This document shows, in pieces, positions 50,698 to 63,719 of a DNA stretch of 64,000 nt (position 1 is the first letter of the stretch; each line of letters opens with the position of its first letter). A model generated the notes under the pieces. It ran no database searches. It saw only the letters and a program-made list of their open reading frames with translations, and was not told the DNA's origin. Position numbers and translations under genes: made by a program. Source of the stretch: an uncultured Bacilli bacterium (GTDB lineage Bacteria; Bacillota_I; Bacilli_A; RF39; UBA660); contig CALVZC010000001.1 of assembly GCA_944372425.1 (NCBI GenBank), positions 22,444-86,443 of the forward strand. The letters are read 5' to 3'.

Positions 50698-51465
50698 ATG
50701 AAAAAATTAAATGACATCTTAAATGAATTAGGAATATCAAAAGTAAGATTAGCTAAATATCTAGGTGTTTCTAGGCAAATGTTATACAATTATCTTGCTA
50801 TGGATAATTTAAAAAAATGGCCTAAAGAGAAATCCACTAAGTTATTTGGTCTTTTAAATATAAAATCAGAAGAAGAATTAAATGAGATTTTTATTGATAG
50901 TAATTATATTATGGAAGTAGAAAATAGATTAAATGATGGTGTTAAGGATTCTTCAAATCGAGAACTGCTTGCAGATTTAAAGAATTTTAGTAAAAAAGAG
51001 CAAGAACTTTTAAGTGATATAATAAATTTGTTAAAAGAAAGATTGACAGAAGATAAAACAAAAGAAACTTTTAATGCCTTTACTTATTTATATCATTATT
51101 TGCAATCTATGGAAACATCAAAAGAATTAGAATATATACTAGCTTATATGTCTAAATCTATGGGATTTACTGATCCAATGGAATTTGCTTTTAATCAAAA
51201 TCAGCAATTTATTTTTGAAAGTATACTATTTTCAGCAATGACATTGTATAATAGTGGCAACGCTTCTAAAGTAAGATTAGCAGAATCACATAAAAAATTT
51301 GTTAAAGATATAGAACACAAAAATGAAGAAAAATTAAGTAGGACTCAAGAACTTAATACTGCAAAAATTCAAGCGTTAAGAGAATTGGGATATACAGAAA
51401 TAAATGAAGAAAATGCAAGAGAAGTATTAGACAAAATAGCCGAAATACAATCTAGGAAAGTATAA
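50698..51465 (+). CDS. HTH-domain protein, function unknown
   Basis: N-terminal HTH LGISKVRLAKYLGVSRQMLYNYL. The remaining 200 aa are not recognised. Confidence 0.6.
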   Translation: MKKLNDILNELGISKVRLAKYLGVSRQMLYNYLAMDNLKKWPKEKSTKLFGLLNIKSEEELNEIFIDSNYIMEVENRLNDGVKDSSNRELLADLKNFSKKEQELLSDIINLLKERLTEDKTKETFNAFTYLYHYLQSMETSKELEYILAYMSKSMGFTDPMEFAFNQNQQFIFESILFSAMTLYNSGNASKVRLAESHKKFVKDIEHKNEEKLSRTQELNTAKIQALRELGYTEINEENAREVLDKIAEIQSRKV

Positions 51466-51491
51466 AAATTATATTTTAGGAATTAAAAATG

Positions 51492-51524
51492 CCCCCTACC
51501 TTTTATTTAAAATAGAGTAGGGGG
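51492..51524. terminator. hairpin terminator between convergent genes
   Basis: Stem ccccctac / gtaggggg with an inner tattt/aaata stem. The T-run is on the minus-strand side (cattttt). Confidence 0.5.
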
Positions 51525-51542
51525 TATTAATTTGTATAAATT

Positions 51543-52022
51543 TTAATTCGTTATATTAGTATTATTTTGCTGATCTAACTCTTCTTTTATTCTTTTTAAT
51601 ACATATTCTTTTTCATTAGGATATTTTGTATAAAATGTTATTAGTTTTATATTGCAATCATTACATATTTTTTTTACTTTTAAATCTCTATCTTTTCGAT
51701 TAATTTTATTATGCGTACTATCGTTAATCTCAATTAATAATAATACATTTTTATAATCTTTATCAAATATTGCAAAGTCTATATTTTTAAATAGTTCGTT
51801 TATATATCCTCTATTTATTTTTTTTACAATTGTAGCTAAATTAACTTGTGGGACAATTTTATATTCATTTTCTAAATCTTTTATTTTTTCATAAAATAGT
51901 AATTCATAAGTACTCATAAACTCTTTTCTCTCGTATATCTTGATTTCACTTTTTTCTTCATCTTCAATTAAACCAAATAATCTTTTTATCCATAGTATTA
52001 TTTTTTGTATCATATTTATCAA
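51543..52022 (-). CDS. DUF2726-like (restriction-endonuclease-fold) protein
   Basis: ELLFYEKI...IVPQVNLATIV...IDFAIFDKDYKNVLLLIEINDSTH...RDLKVKKIC matches the D-x(n)-E-x-K-type DUF2726 pattern from memory. Confidence 0.65.
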   Translation of the reverse strand: MINMIQKIILWIKRLFGLIEDEEKSEIKIYERKEFMSTYELLFYEKIKDLENEYKIVPQVNLATIVKKINRGYINELFKNIDFAIFDKDYKNVLLLIEINDSTHNKINRKDRDLKVKKICNDCNIKLITFYTKYPNEKEYVLKRIKEELDQQNNTNITN

Positions 52023-52496
52023 TCCTTTCTATCTATAAAATGGTTATTATTATTCTATTTAATTTTAACATATTTGGTATTAAAATATTAACGGGAAAAA
52101 AATATTACCTTTTGCTTTACGTAAAGCAAAAATAGGGGATAAATAATATAAAATATAAATCTTATTACATACTTTTCCTATTAAGCTTTTGTTGAAAATT
52201 AATATATATAAAAGTTATTCTTTAACAAACTATTTTATTTTATATATTTCAATTGATATAAATTATAAAGAATGAATTTAATATAAAATAATATTAAATA
52301 ATATTAAATTTAAATATGTTAGCTGATAATGATTTGAAAGAATTATGGGATGTTGCAAGAAATCATACAATTTTATTAGATAAATATATAAGTTCTAGAC
52401 GATACAAAACTAAGCAAGAACGCATATCTAATACAAAAAATGCAACTTCCGATAATATATATTATGTTGCCTTTTATAAAATAAGAGCTTTTTTTA

Positions 52497-53726
52497 TTAT
52501 TCATAAAGCTCTTCTAATACTATTATATAATCATTTATGTTTTTAGACTTCAAATATATTTTTATTTCATTAATATATAATTCTGGATCATATAAAACTA
52601 ATTCTGATTTATAAACAATGTCATTATTATCAATATATATAAGTTCATAGAAATTATTTTTATCAGAAAACAAATTAAAAGCTTTTTTAATATATGTTAT
52701 TTTTTTTGTTTGTTTTATATTATATTCTTTTTTATCAATAAAATTTTCATCTAAAGATGGTAATAATTTAATTAATTTCTTTTTGCTAATAAATATTTCA
52801 TAAATTAATAATATATATAATTGAATAGTAATATAGCTAAAAATAGTTTCCCCTGCTACATAAAAAGTAACTAATGATAATGCAATAAACAAGGTAGCAT
52901 TAAATATATTTTTTACAAATTCAATTTCTCTATAAAATATGAATGCATATATAATTCCAGGTTTATTTTTTAAAAAAGTGATATTCTTATATATTTTTTC
53001 TTGTTCTAGTCTTATTTTCACTATTTTATTTTTAATTATAATTAAAAGAATCACAAGTACTAAAATATAAAATAAGTACGCAAATGGTAAATCACAATAT
53101 ATTAAAATAATATACATTGATATATATATTATATAATTATAAAAATTACTAAATTCAATTTTGGAATTGAAATTAATATTTTCAATATAATCTTTTTCTT
53201 TATTTATGCTAAAACAGACAATTTTTTTATTTTTAATCAAAAATTTTATTAAAAATATTATATCGATAACTATCAAAATTAAAAAAATTAATAATGAATT
53301 ATTTACTATTAAAAGATTATTAATATCCCCTACTCTTTTATATAATATTAATGTTAAAATTATATTATATATATATATTAATTTGTATTTATATTCGTAT
53401 TCATTTAATACTATATAATTAAAATTATGTTTTTTATTCTTAATTAGTCTATTTAATCGCAAACAATAAATAATGGATGTAATAATTAACAATATGTTTA
53501 TTACACAATATGTTAAATTTATATCATTTTTTAATAAAAATAATACAAAATAATAAATAAAATCAATTATTATAATGCTAATATTTAAAAATTTAATAAA
53601 TTTATATAATTTAATTAAATTATTTGCTCTTTCTAGAACTAAAAAGTCATTTTTCTTTTCTTTTTTCTTCAACAAATTAATTAAGATTATATAAATAATA
53701 ATAATGAAAAAATATATTATAAGCAT
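52497..53726 (-). CDS. hypothetical, extremely hydrophobic polytopic membrane protein
   Basis: 409 aa, I/L/Y/N/K-rich, about 8-9 TM segments. No family recognised. Confidence 0.55.
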   Translation of the reverse strand: MLIIYFFIIIIYIILINLLKKKEKKNDFLVLERANNLIKLYKFIKFLNISIIIIDFIYYFVLFLLKNDINLTYCVINILLIITSIIYCLRLNRLIKNKKHNFNYIVLNEYEYKYKLIYIYNIILTLILYKRVGDINNLLIVNNSLLIFLILIVIDIIFLIKFLIKNKKIVCFSINKEKDYIENINFNSKIEFSNFYNYIIYISMYIILIYCDLPFAYLFYILVLVILLIIIKNKIVKIRLEQEKIYKNITFLKNKPGIIYAFIFYREIEFVKNIFNATLFIALSLVTFYVAGETIFSYITIQLYILLIYEIFISKKKLIKLLPSLDENFIDKKEYNIKQTKKITYIKKAFNLFSDKNNFYELIYIDNNDIVYKSELVLYDPELYINEIKIYLKSKNINDYIIVLEELYE

Positions 53727-53828
53727 TTATTAGATCACTTCCTAATTATTTACAATTAAATTTTAACATATTTTTAAAAATAATAAATAATAAATTAATA
53801 TTTGTTAATAATAAAATTGGAGGTATTT

Positions 53829-54020
53829 ATGAATAAAAATAAAGAAAAAACAACTTCTAAAATAAAATGTGATGTAACAACGTGTGCTAATAATGACAAT
53901 GATTCAAATTCATGTAAGTTAAAAGAAATAAAAATTAGTTGTTGTTGTTGTGGCGATGAAGTTAGTAACAAAGATGACACTATATGTAATAGTTATAAAA
54001 ATATTGACGATGAAAAGTAA
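53829..54020 (+). CDS. DUF1540-like small Cys-rich protein
   Basis: ATG at 53829 after ggagg. IKCDVTTCANNDNDSNSCKLKEIKIS resembles the DUF1540 repeat. Also contains CCCCGDE. Confidence 0.65.
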   Translation: MNKNKEKTTSKIKCDVTTCANNDNDSNSCKLKEIKISCCCCGDEVSNKDDTICNSYKNIDDEK

Positions 54021-54040
54021 TAGGTTTATTAAAAATAAAC

Positions 54041-55210
54041 CTATTTTAATTTGTCTAAAAAACTTGTTCCGATTTCTGGCTTTTCAATATCAAAATTTTC
54101 AGAAATTGTAGCTGCAATATCAGCCATACTATTTAGAATATCCATTTTTTTTGGTTCTTTAAACATTCTACTGAATACTATTACAGGAACATTTTCACGT
54201 GTATGGGCATTCCCTGAAAAAGTAGGATCATTACCATGATCAGCAGTTATAATTAATAAATCATCATTTTCTAATTTATTTAATATCATTGGAATTTCTA
54301 CATCAAATTCTTCTATTGCTTTTGCATATCCCTCGGTATCCCTATTATGTCCATATAATGCATCAAAATCACTAAGATTTGTTACACAAAGACCTATAAA
54401 TTTTTTATTCATAATATCAGTAAGTTTATTTAATGTATCCATATTATTAAAAGAAGATTTTACTATTTTAGTTATTCCTTGTCCATCAAAAATATCACTT
54501 ATTTTTCCTATAGAAATAACACTATAATCATTATCTTTTAGATAATCCATTACACTTTTTTTAGGTGGTTTTATAGCATAATCCCTCCTATCAGCCGTAA
54601 ATTTGAATTTTCCTGGTTTACCGCTAAAAGGTCTTGCAATAACTCTAGCAATTCTCCATTCATCCGATAATGTTATTTTCCTAATTTTTTCACAATAACT
54701 ATATAATTTAGGAATAGGTATTATATCTTCATGGGCAGCAACCTGCAATGTCGAATCAGATGAAGTATATACTATAAGACTACCATATGATAAATGTCTT
54801 TCGCCTAATTCATTTATAATAGTGTCACCATTAACGACTTTATTACCAATAACTCTTTTACCGGTTACCTTTTCTATTTGTTCTAATAATTCCCTTGGAA
54901 AAGCTTTTTCCGTAAAAGTTTTAAAAGGGGTTGTGCTTCTTATTCCTAATAGTTCATAATGTGAAGTTAAACTATCTTTTCCCACATTAGTTGGTCTTGC
55001 AATAGTATAATATGAATCAACATCATTATTATCGTTCATGTTTATAGTATCGACAAATCCTAATCTTCTTAAATTTGGAATAAAAATATCATAATTGTCC
55101 ATAATATGTTTTAATGTATTTGAACCATTATCACCATAATTATTGGCATCCATCGCTTCCCCTACTCCTAATGAATCGAGTATTAATAAAAAAATTCGTT
55201 TAAATTTCAT
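54041..55210 (-). CDS. deoB: phosphopentomutase
   Basis: The start MKFKRIFLLILDSLGVGE, then TADHGNDPT and GHNRD. Confidence 0.95.
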   Translation of the reverse strand: MKFKRIFLLILDSLGVGEAMDANNYGDNGSNTLKHIMDNYDIFIPNLRRLGFVDTINMNDNNDVDSYYTIARPTNVGKDSLTSHYELLGIRSTTPFKTFTEKAFPRELLEQIEKVTGKRVIGNKVVNGDTIINELGERHLSYGSLIVYTSSDSTLQVAAHEDIIPIPKLYSYCEKIRKITLSDEWRIARVIARPFSGKPGKFKFTADRRDYAIKPPKKSVMDYLKDNDYSVISIGKISDIFDGQGITKIVKSSFNNMDTLNKLTDIMNKKFIGLCVTNLSDFDALYGHNRDTEGYAKAIEEFDVEIPMILNKLENDDLLIITADHGNDPTFSGNAHTRENVPVIVFSRMFKEPKKMDILNSMADIAATISENFDIEKPEIGTSFLDKLK

Positions 55211-55221
55211 GTTTTCATCTC

Positions 55222-56109
55222 CTATTTTTTACTTCTTGGATGATATTCAATATAATCTTTCTTAATTTTATTATTTGAAATATGTGTATATATTCTAGTT
55301 GTTGAAATATCACTATGACCTAAAAGTTCTTGGATACTTCTTAAATCTGCACCGCATTCTAACATATGTGTCGCAAAACTATGTCTAATACTATGAGGTG
55401 ATATATTTTTATTTATATTTTTATCTTTCAAAAGTTTCTTTAATATTTTAAAAAAACTAAAACGACTTAATTTAGTACCTAAATTATTTAAAAATAAATA
55501 GTCATTATTTTTCTTTTTTAATAATAACTTTCGATAATTAAGGTATTCTTGTAAATATTTAATAACATATTCACCAATTGGAACAATTCTTTCTTTATTT
55601 CCTTTCCCTATACATCTGATAATACAATTTTCAAAGTCAATATCAAAAATTTTTAAATTTAATAATTCTGAAATTCTAAGACCTGTTCCATACAATAATT
55701 CTAACATAGCTTTATTGCGATAGTCAAATGGAGTGTTAAGATCAATATCTAACAAAGAGTCTACTTCTTCAATAGTTAATACATTTGGTAGTTTTTTCTC
55801 TAGTCTAGGCCTTTCGACTGTTAATGCAACATCATCTTTAACTTTTCCAATAGCGTATAGATATTTATGAAAATTTTTTATTGAAGTCAGTTTTCTAGCT
55901 ATTGATGTTGTTTTTAAATTTTCTTTTTTCAGTAATTCTAAATACTGAACTATATTTTTCTTTGAAATTTCTTTTACTAAATTAATATTTTGTTGGTTTA
56001 AAAATAACATATAATCAATTAAATCTCTTTCATACGATATACAAGTATTTTGAGTTAATCTTCGCTCATACTCTAAATAATTTATATATTCATTAATATT
56101 TTCATTCAT
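55222..56109 (-). CDS. xerD: site-specific tyrosine recombinase XerD
   Basis: LTQNTCISYERDL, ARKLTSIKNFHKYL, R..HxxR..Y catalytic set (LRISEL, HSIRHSFATHM, GHSDISTTRIYTH). xerD-deoB synteny as in Bacillus. Confidence 0.85.
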   Translation of the reverse strand: MNENINEYINYLEYERRLTQNTCISYERDLIDYMLFLNQQNINLVKEISKKNIVQYLELLKKENLKTTSIARKLTSIKNFHKYLYAIGKVKDDVALTVERPRLEKKLPNVLTIEEVDSLLDIDLNTPFDYRNKAMLELLYGTGLRISELLNLKIFDIDFENCIIRCIGKGNKERIVPIGEYVIKYLQEYLNYRKLLLKKKNNDYLFLNNLGTKLSRFSFFKILKKLLKDKNINKNISPHSIRHSFATHMLECGADLRSIQELLGHSDISTTRIYTHISNNKIKKDYIEYHPRSKK

Positions 56110-56225
56110 ATAACACCTTTACTAATATATATAAATATCATATAATTTGTAAGTAATTTTGTCAAATATATATATTGAAAGCTAAACTAATGTTTGATAT
56201 AATTTTTTATGAAAGAGTGATTTTT

Positions 56226-57449
56226 ATGGAAAAACCTTTAGCACTAAAATTAGCACCTAACTCAATAGATGAAGTAATTGGTCAAAAACATTTATTAGGA
56301 GAAAATAAAATATTAAGAAACTTAATAAAAAACAAAAAGCTACCATCAATGATTTTATATGGTAGGCCAGGAATTGGAAAAACTTCAATTGCTAATGCAA
56401 TAGTTAAAGATTTAAATGTTAGATATCGATTTTTAAATGCAACTATAAATAATAAAAAAGATTTTGATATTGTAGTTGAAGAAGCAAAAATGTATGATGG
56501 TATTGTATTAATAATGGATGAAATTCATAGATTAAATAAAGATAAACAAGATCTTTTATTACCACAAATTGAAAGTGGATTAATAACTTTAATTGGTCTA
56601 ACAACAAGTAATCCATATCATAAAATAAATCCTGCAATTAGAAGTAGATGCCATTTATTTGAATTATTACCCCTAGAAGAAAAAGACATTATTGAAGGAT
56701 TAAAAAGAGCAATTAAACATCCTGACTTGGAAGGAATAGTAATAGATGACGATGCATTGAAATACATAGCAGCTATTTCTGGTAATGATTTAAGATATGC
56801 CTATAATTTATTAGAAATTTCTTTTTTTTCTACTAATGATAAAATAGTTACTATCGATACAATAAAAAAGATTAATAATAAGCCGGCTTTTTTTCATGAT
56901 AAAAATGAAGATGGCCATTATGATGTTTTAAGTGCTTTTCAAAAATCTATAAGAGGAAGCGACGTAAATGCATCTTTGCATTATTTAGCTAGATTGTTAG
57001 AAGCTGGAGATTTGGATAGTATATATAGAAGACTTAGTGTTATCTGCTATGAAGATATTGGACTAGCAAATCCAAATATAGGTCCAAGACTAAATGCTGC
57101 TATTAATGCATCCGAATTAGTAGGTCTTCCAGAAGCTGTAATACCAATGGGAGAAATAGTAATTGAAATGGCGCTGTCCCCTAAATCAAATTCAGCTAAT
57201 TTAGCGATAAATAAAGCTTTAGAAGATGTTAGAACTGGAAAATGTGACAAAGTTCCAACCCATATTAATTCTACTGCTATTGGCTATTTATATCCACATG
57301 ACTATCCAAACGACTTTGTAGTACAAGAATATTTACCTAATAATTTAAGAAAAAAGAATTATTATGAACCTAAAACTACATCTCAATATGAAAGAAATTT
57401 AAAACAAATTAAAGAATCAATAGATAAAATAAAAAATGAATCAAAATAG
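56226..57449 (+). CDS. rarA: replication-associated recombination protein A (AAA+)
   Basis: PLALKLAPNSIDEVIGQKHL, Walker A GRPGIGKTS, Walker B IMDEIHR, MgsA C-terminal domain (HYDVLSAFQKSIRGSD). I prefer the ATG at 56226. Confidence 0.9.
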   Translation: MEKPLALKLAPNSIDEVIGQKHLLGENKILRNLIKNKKLPSMILYGRPGIGKTSIANAIVKDLNVRYRFLNATINNKKDFDIVVEEAKMYDGIVLIMDEIHRLNKDKQDLLLPQIESGLITLIGLTTSNPYHKINPAIRSRCHLFELLPLEEKDIIEGLKRAIKHPDLEGIVIDDDALKYIAAISGNDLRYAYNLLEISFFSTNDKIVTIDTIKKINNKPAFFHDKNEDGHYDVLSAFQKSIRGSDVNASLHYLARLLEAGDLDSIYRRLSVICYEDIGLANPNIGPRLNAAINASELVGLPEAVIPMGEIVIEMALSPKSNSANLAINKALEDVRTGKCDKVPTHINSTAIGYLYPHDYPNDFVVQEYLPNNLRKKNYYEPKTTSQYERNLKQIKESIDKIKNESK

Positions 57450-57564
57450 TGAGTTTTATTAATTTATTTTTTTCCAATTCTTGCTAATGCTTTTATTAAA
57501 GAATAAAGATATAATAAAATATAATGCAAATTAACATTCCCCCTTAAACAGATTAATATGATAT

Positions 57565-58245
57565 TTATAATCTAAATTTAATTAATTTCTCTATTATTTT
57601 TTCTTTTGGTGTAAAAAATGTATATACTAACACTTCTTTTTGTCTTAGATTAAAAAAATAATTTAATAAAGGTATATCTTTAATACGAAATTTTATTCTA
57701 TTTCTTTTTAATGCTGGGCAAGTAAATAATTTACAACTTATACATTTAATAGTACAATGATCATTTTCTAAATATTCACATAGGTTGTTATTGTTTTCAC
57801 AGCAACACCCACAGCTTTTTTTAAATTTTTTATTACGATCACTTAAGCATTGATTATTTATAAATTCACATAGATTTCCTTTTTGAAATGATTCATCTAA
57901 ATAATTACAAACGACATCATATATATATTCGTAACGTTGTTTTTTATCTTTTATATTAATAGCTTTTTCAATATGATATATATTAATAATTCGTTGATCT
58001 TTTTCTTTAGCTATATTTATTTTTTTATTATTTAAAGTTATACATAGTTTTTTATTTTTACATAAAAAGCGTAATATATAAATTTTTTTTAAAAAATTAT
58101 AATAAATCTTATCTGTTAAAGGTTTATTAAAATTAATTTTTATTACTTTTTCATTAATATTTTTATTTGCTTTTTTAAATTTCATAATTATCATCCAATT
58201 TATAATATTTAATATAAGTATAAAATTATAAAAATAATTTGTCAA
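57565..58245 (-). CDS. hypothetical Cys-rich protein
   Basis: 14 Cys lie within about 75 residues (CNYLDESFQKGNLCEFINNQCLSD...SCGCCCENNNNLCEYLENDHCTIKCISCKLFTCP). The start is uncertain; internal ATGs at 58194 and 58185 are plausible. Confidence 0.5.
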   Translation of the reverse strand: MTNYFYNFILILNIINWMIIMKFKKANKNINEKVIKINFNKPLTDKIYYNFLKKIYILRFLCKNKKLCITLNNKKINIAKEKDQRIINIYHIEKAINIKDKKQRYEYIYDVVCNYLDESFQKGNLCEFINNQCLSDRNKKFKKSCGCCCENNNNLCEYLENDHCTIKCISCKLFTCPALKRNRIKFRIKDIPLLNYFFNLRQKEVLVYTFFTPKEKIIEKLIKFRL

Positions 58246-58281
58246 ATAAAAAGCATATACTAAATAAGTATATACTTATAA

Positions 58282-59400
58282 TTAATCATTATATCTCGTA
58301 AATTTATCAAAGGAATCAATTCTGTTATCACTTAAATCAGTATCATCTAGTGATTCAAACAGACGTTTTTGATCTCTAGATAATTTTTTAGGAATTCTAA
58401 CATCTAATATAATATACATATCACCTTTAGTTCTAGCCGATTCGTTATCTATTCCTTTACCTTTTATTCTTTGCTTATCTCCACTATTACTTCCGGCTGG
58501 AATAGATAATTTGATATTACCATATATTGTTGGAATTTCTTTTTTACATCCTAAAACAGCTTCTGTAATTGTAATTGGCACTTTTAAATAAAGATCATCT
58601 CCATCGCGTTGATAAAAATCATGTTCGGAAACAACAAATTCTAAATACAAATCTCCATTAGCGCCACCATTAATACCAGCTTCACCTTTTCCAGATAATC
58701 TTAACCTATTACCAGTATCTACACCTTTAGGAATGCTAACAGTAATTGTTTTATTTTTACTAATGGTGCCACTTCCATGACAACTAGAACAAGTTTCTTT
58801 ATAGGTTTTACCTTTTCCATGACACTTACTACAAGTTGTTTTTGACATAAAAGTTCCAAATAAAGTTCTTTGTTCCGTTGTTACTGATCCACTACCATGA
58901 CAGTTAGAACAAGTTACTTCTTCAAAGCCACCTTTTCCATGACATTCATCGCAAACTTCTGTTACATTCAATTTTAAATCTTTTTCACAACCAAATACCG
59001 CTTCTTCAAAAGACAAATTTATACGCATTAAACGGTCACTACCATCTCTTGCTCTGGTTGCAGAACTGGTTCTAGTTGAACTACCAAAACCAAATCCAGA
59101 TCCAAAAATACTATCAAAAATATCACTAAAATCAAATCCTGAAGCATCAAAGCCTCCACCATAACCACCAGCAGCATTTTCAAAAGCAGCATGCCCAAAT
59201 TGATCATATTGCTTACGTTTTGTATCATCAGATAAAACAGCATAAGCTTCTTGAATTTCTTTAAATTTTTCTTCTGCATTAGCTTCTTTTGAAACATCTG
59301 GATGATATTGTTTAGCTAATTTTCTAAAAGCACTTTTAATTTCTGCCTCAGTTGCATCTTTCGATACCCCTAAGACTTCATAATAATCTTTTTTACTCAT
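58282..59400 (-). CDS. dnaJ: molecular chaperone DnaJ
   Basis: J domain [12 protein letters not shown]...HPD, G/F region, four CxxCxGxG repeats. The ATG at 59400 follows ggagga; the track start at 59448 lies inside pepF. Confidence 0.95.
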   Translation of the reverse strand: MSKKDYYEVLGVSKDATEAEIKSAFRKLAKQYHPDVSKEANAEEKFKEIQEAYAVLSDDTKRKQYDQFGHAAFENAAGGYGGGFDASGFDFSDIFDSIFGSGFGFGSSTRTSSATRARDGSDRLMRINLSFEEAVFGCEKDLKLNVTEVCDECHGKGGFEEVTCSNCHGSGSVTTEQRTLFGTFMSKTTCSKCHGKGKTYKETCSSCHGSGTISKNKTITVSIPKGVDTGNRLRLSGKGEAGINGGANGDLYLEFVVSEHDFYQRDGDDLYLKVPITITEAVLGCKKEIPTIYGNIKLSIPAGSNSGDKQRIKGKGIDNESARTKGDMYIILDVRIPKKLSRDQKRLFESLDDTDLSDNRIDSFDKFTRYND

Positions 59401-61219
59401 TTCCTCCACCACTTCTTTTATACTCATTATAAGTTTTTTCAAACTCATCTACTAAATCAGAAAACATTTTAATTGCATTATCACATACTTCTTTTTTCGT
59501 TAAATCAACACCAGTAATTTTCAATTGCTCGTTTGGAGCTATTCTTCCACCTTGTTTTAAAAATTCAATATAATTTTTAACAGCATCTTTTTTACCTGAC
59601 AAAATAGAATTAACAATATAACAAGCTGATGATAAACCAGTCGCATACTTATACATATAAAAATTATAATATAAATGAGGCATTCTCTCCCATTCATATC
59701 TAATTTCATCATCTATAATTACATCATTGCCAAAATATTTCTGATTTAATTTATAGAATTCATCACACATAATATCTGAAGTAAGACTTTCTTCTTTTTC
59801 TACTTTTTCATATAAAAATCTTTCAAATTCTTCATACATAGTTTGTCTATAAATAGTAGATTTAAATAAGCTCATAAGCCTATCCATTACATAAAGTTTT
59901 TCTTCAATATCTTTTGAATTATCAATTATATATCTTGCAAGTAATAATTCGTTAACAGTTGATGCAACTTCTGCTACTATAATTGAATATTGACTATATA
60001 CATAAGGGTTATTATTTCTTGAATAATAACTATGTATAGAATGTCCTATTTCATGAATTAAAGTAGACACATCATTAAATTCTTCTTGAAAATTAGTTAA
60101 AATGTATGGATTAGTATCATATCCACCGCCAGAAAAAGCACCACCTGTTTTCCCTTTATTTGGCATAACATCTATCCAATGCTCAGAAAAAGCTTTATCA
60201 ACATATGAAGAATATTCTTTACCAAAAACCTTTAAAACATCTTTAATAATTTTTTGAGCATCTTCGTAACTATATTTTCTATCGTATTTTTCAATTAAAT
60301 TTGCATAAGTATCATAAATATGAAAATCTTTAATATTTAAAATTTCTTTTTTTAAACGAAAATATTTATAAAGTGGATCTAAACCATTACTAACACTTTC
60401 TATTAAAGAATCAAATACTTTAATAGGTAATTCATTAGAATACATTGCAGCATCTAAACTGCTTTGATATCCCCTTATTTTTTCTAATGTTGCAATAGTT
60501 TTAACTTCTTTTTCTAAGCAATTAGAAAGAGTTGTTTTGTATTGTTTATAAACTCTATAAAGAGTTGTAAATGCTTCTTTTCTTACACGCCTATCTTTAG
60601 ATTTTATAAATAAGGAAAAATTTGTATTAGTAAGTTCAACTTTATTACTATCTTCATCTGTAATGTAACCAAAGTCAATATCTGAATCAGTTAAGTTGGA
60701 AAAAATTATTTCATTATCTGCAATAGCTTTTTGCATTTTTGCTAATAATTTTTCTTCTACTTCACTTAACATATATTTTTTATAGCGGAAACTTTTTTCA
60801 AAATAAGTTTTATATTCCTTTAGTTTTGGATATTCTTCATACATAGCTTCAATCTTTTTATAATCTAAACTTAATAGTTTTGAATCATAATATGAAACGA
60901 TTTGGCTAAATTTAATATTTAAATTCTCTATTCTATTCAAAAGTTCAATTGAAGAAGATTTGGTAATATCTTCGTTATACATAAGATGGGCATAGACATA
61001 CAATTTTTCGATAGTTCTAGAATTTTTTAATATCTCCGTTGTAGTAGTATATAAATTTTTAGCACTTTTTAACATCGTATTTTCATAACTAGCTAATTTT
61101 TTCAACTTACTTTCAACTTCTTTATAATCATTATTAAATTCATCTAAACTACTATATATTTGAGATAAATCCCATTTATATTTATTATCTACTTCACTTC
61201 TAGCTTTTATTTTATTCAT
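59393..61219 (-). CDS. pepF: oligoendopeptidase F (M3B)
   Basis: 608 aa. Zn motif HEIGHSIH. The N-terminus [16 protein letters not shown] is typical of PepF. Confidence 0.9.
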   Translation of the reverse strand: MNKIKARSEVDNKYKWDLSQIYSSLDEFNNDYKEVESKLKKLASYENTMLKSAKNLYTTTTEILKNSRTIEKLYVYAHLMYNEDITKSSSIELLNRIENLNIKFSQIVSYYDSKLLSLDYKKIEAMYEEYPKLKEYKTYFEKSFRYKKYMLSEVEEKLLAKMQKAIADNEIIFSNLTDSDIDFGYITDEDSNKVELTNTNFSLFIKSKDRRVRKEAFTTLYRVYKQYKTTLSNCLEKEVKTIATLEKIRGYQSSLDAAMYSNELPIKVFDSLIESVSNGLDPLYKYFRLKKEILNIKDFHIYDTYANLIEKYDRKYSYEDAQKIIKDVLKVFGKEYSSYVDKAFSEHWIDVMPNKGKTGGAFSGGGYDTNPYILTNFQEEFNDVSTLIHEIGHSIHSYYSRNNNPYVYSQYSIIVAEVASTVNELLLARYIIDNSKDIEEKLYVMDRLMSLFKSTIYRQTMYEEFERFLYEKVEKEESLTSDIMCDEFYKLNQKYFGNDVIIDDEIRYEWERMPHLYYNFYMYKYATGLSSACYIVNSILSGKKDAVKNYIEFLKQGGRIAPNEQLKITGVDLTKKEVCDNAIKMFSDLVDEFEKTYNEYKRSGGGNE

Positions 61220-61234
61220 ATTTTCTCCTTTATA

Positions 61235-61268
61235 GAAGTAAAGTTCTAGATAAAACTAGAACTTCTTC
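61235..61268 (-). promoter_or_regulatory. imperfect hairpin in the dnaK-pepF intergenic region (partial terminator or processing site)
   Basis: gaagtaaagttctag-ataaaa-ctagaacttcttc. No clear T-run on the minus strand. Confidence 0.35.
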
Positions 61269-61272
61269 CTAA

Positions 61273-63710
<2,438 letters not shown>

Positions 63711-63719
63711 ATTATCTCC

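Noticed and set aside
52316-52546. 76-aa plus-strand ORF overlapping the 3' end of the membrane protein gene.
   Set aside because: It has no convincing RBS. Its last ~17 codons are antisense to the stop region and hairpin of 52497..53726. Nothing is recognisable, so it is left uncalled.
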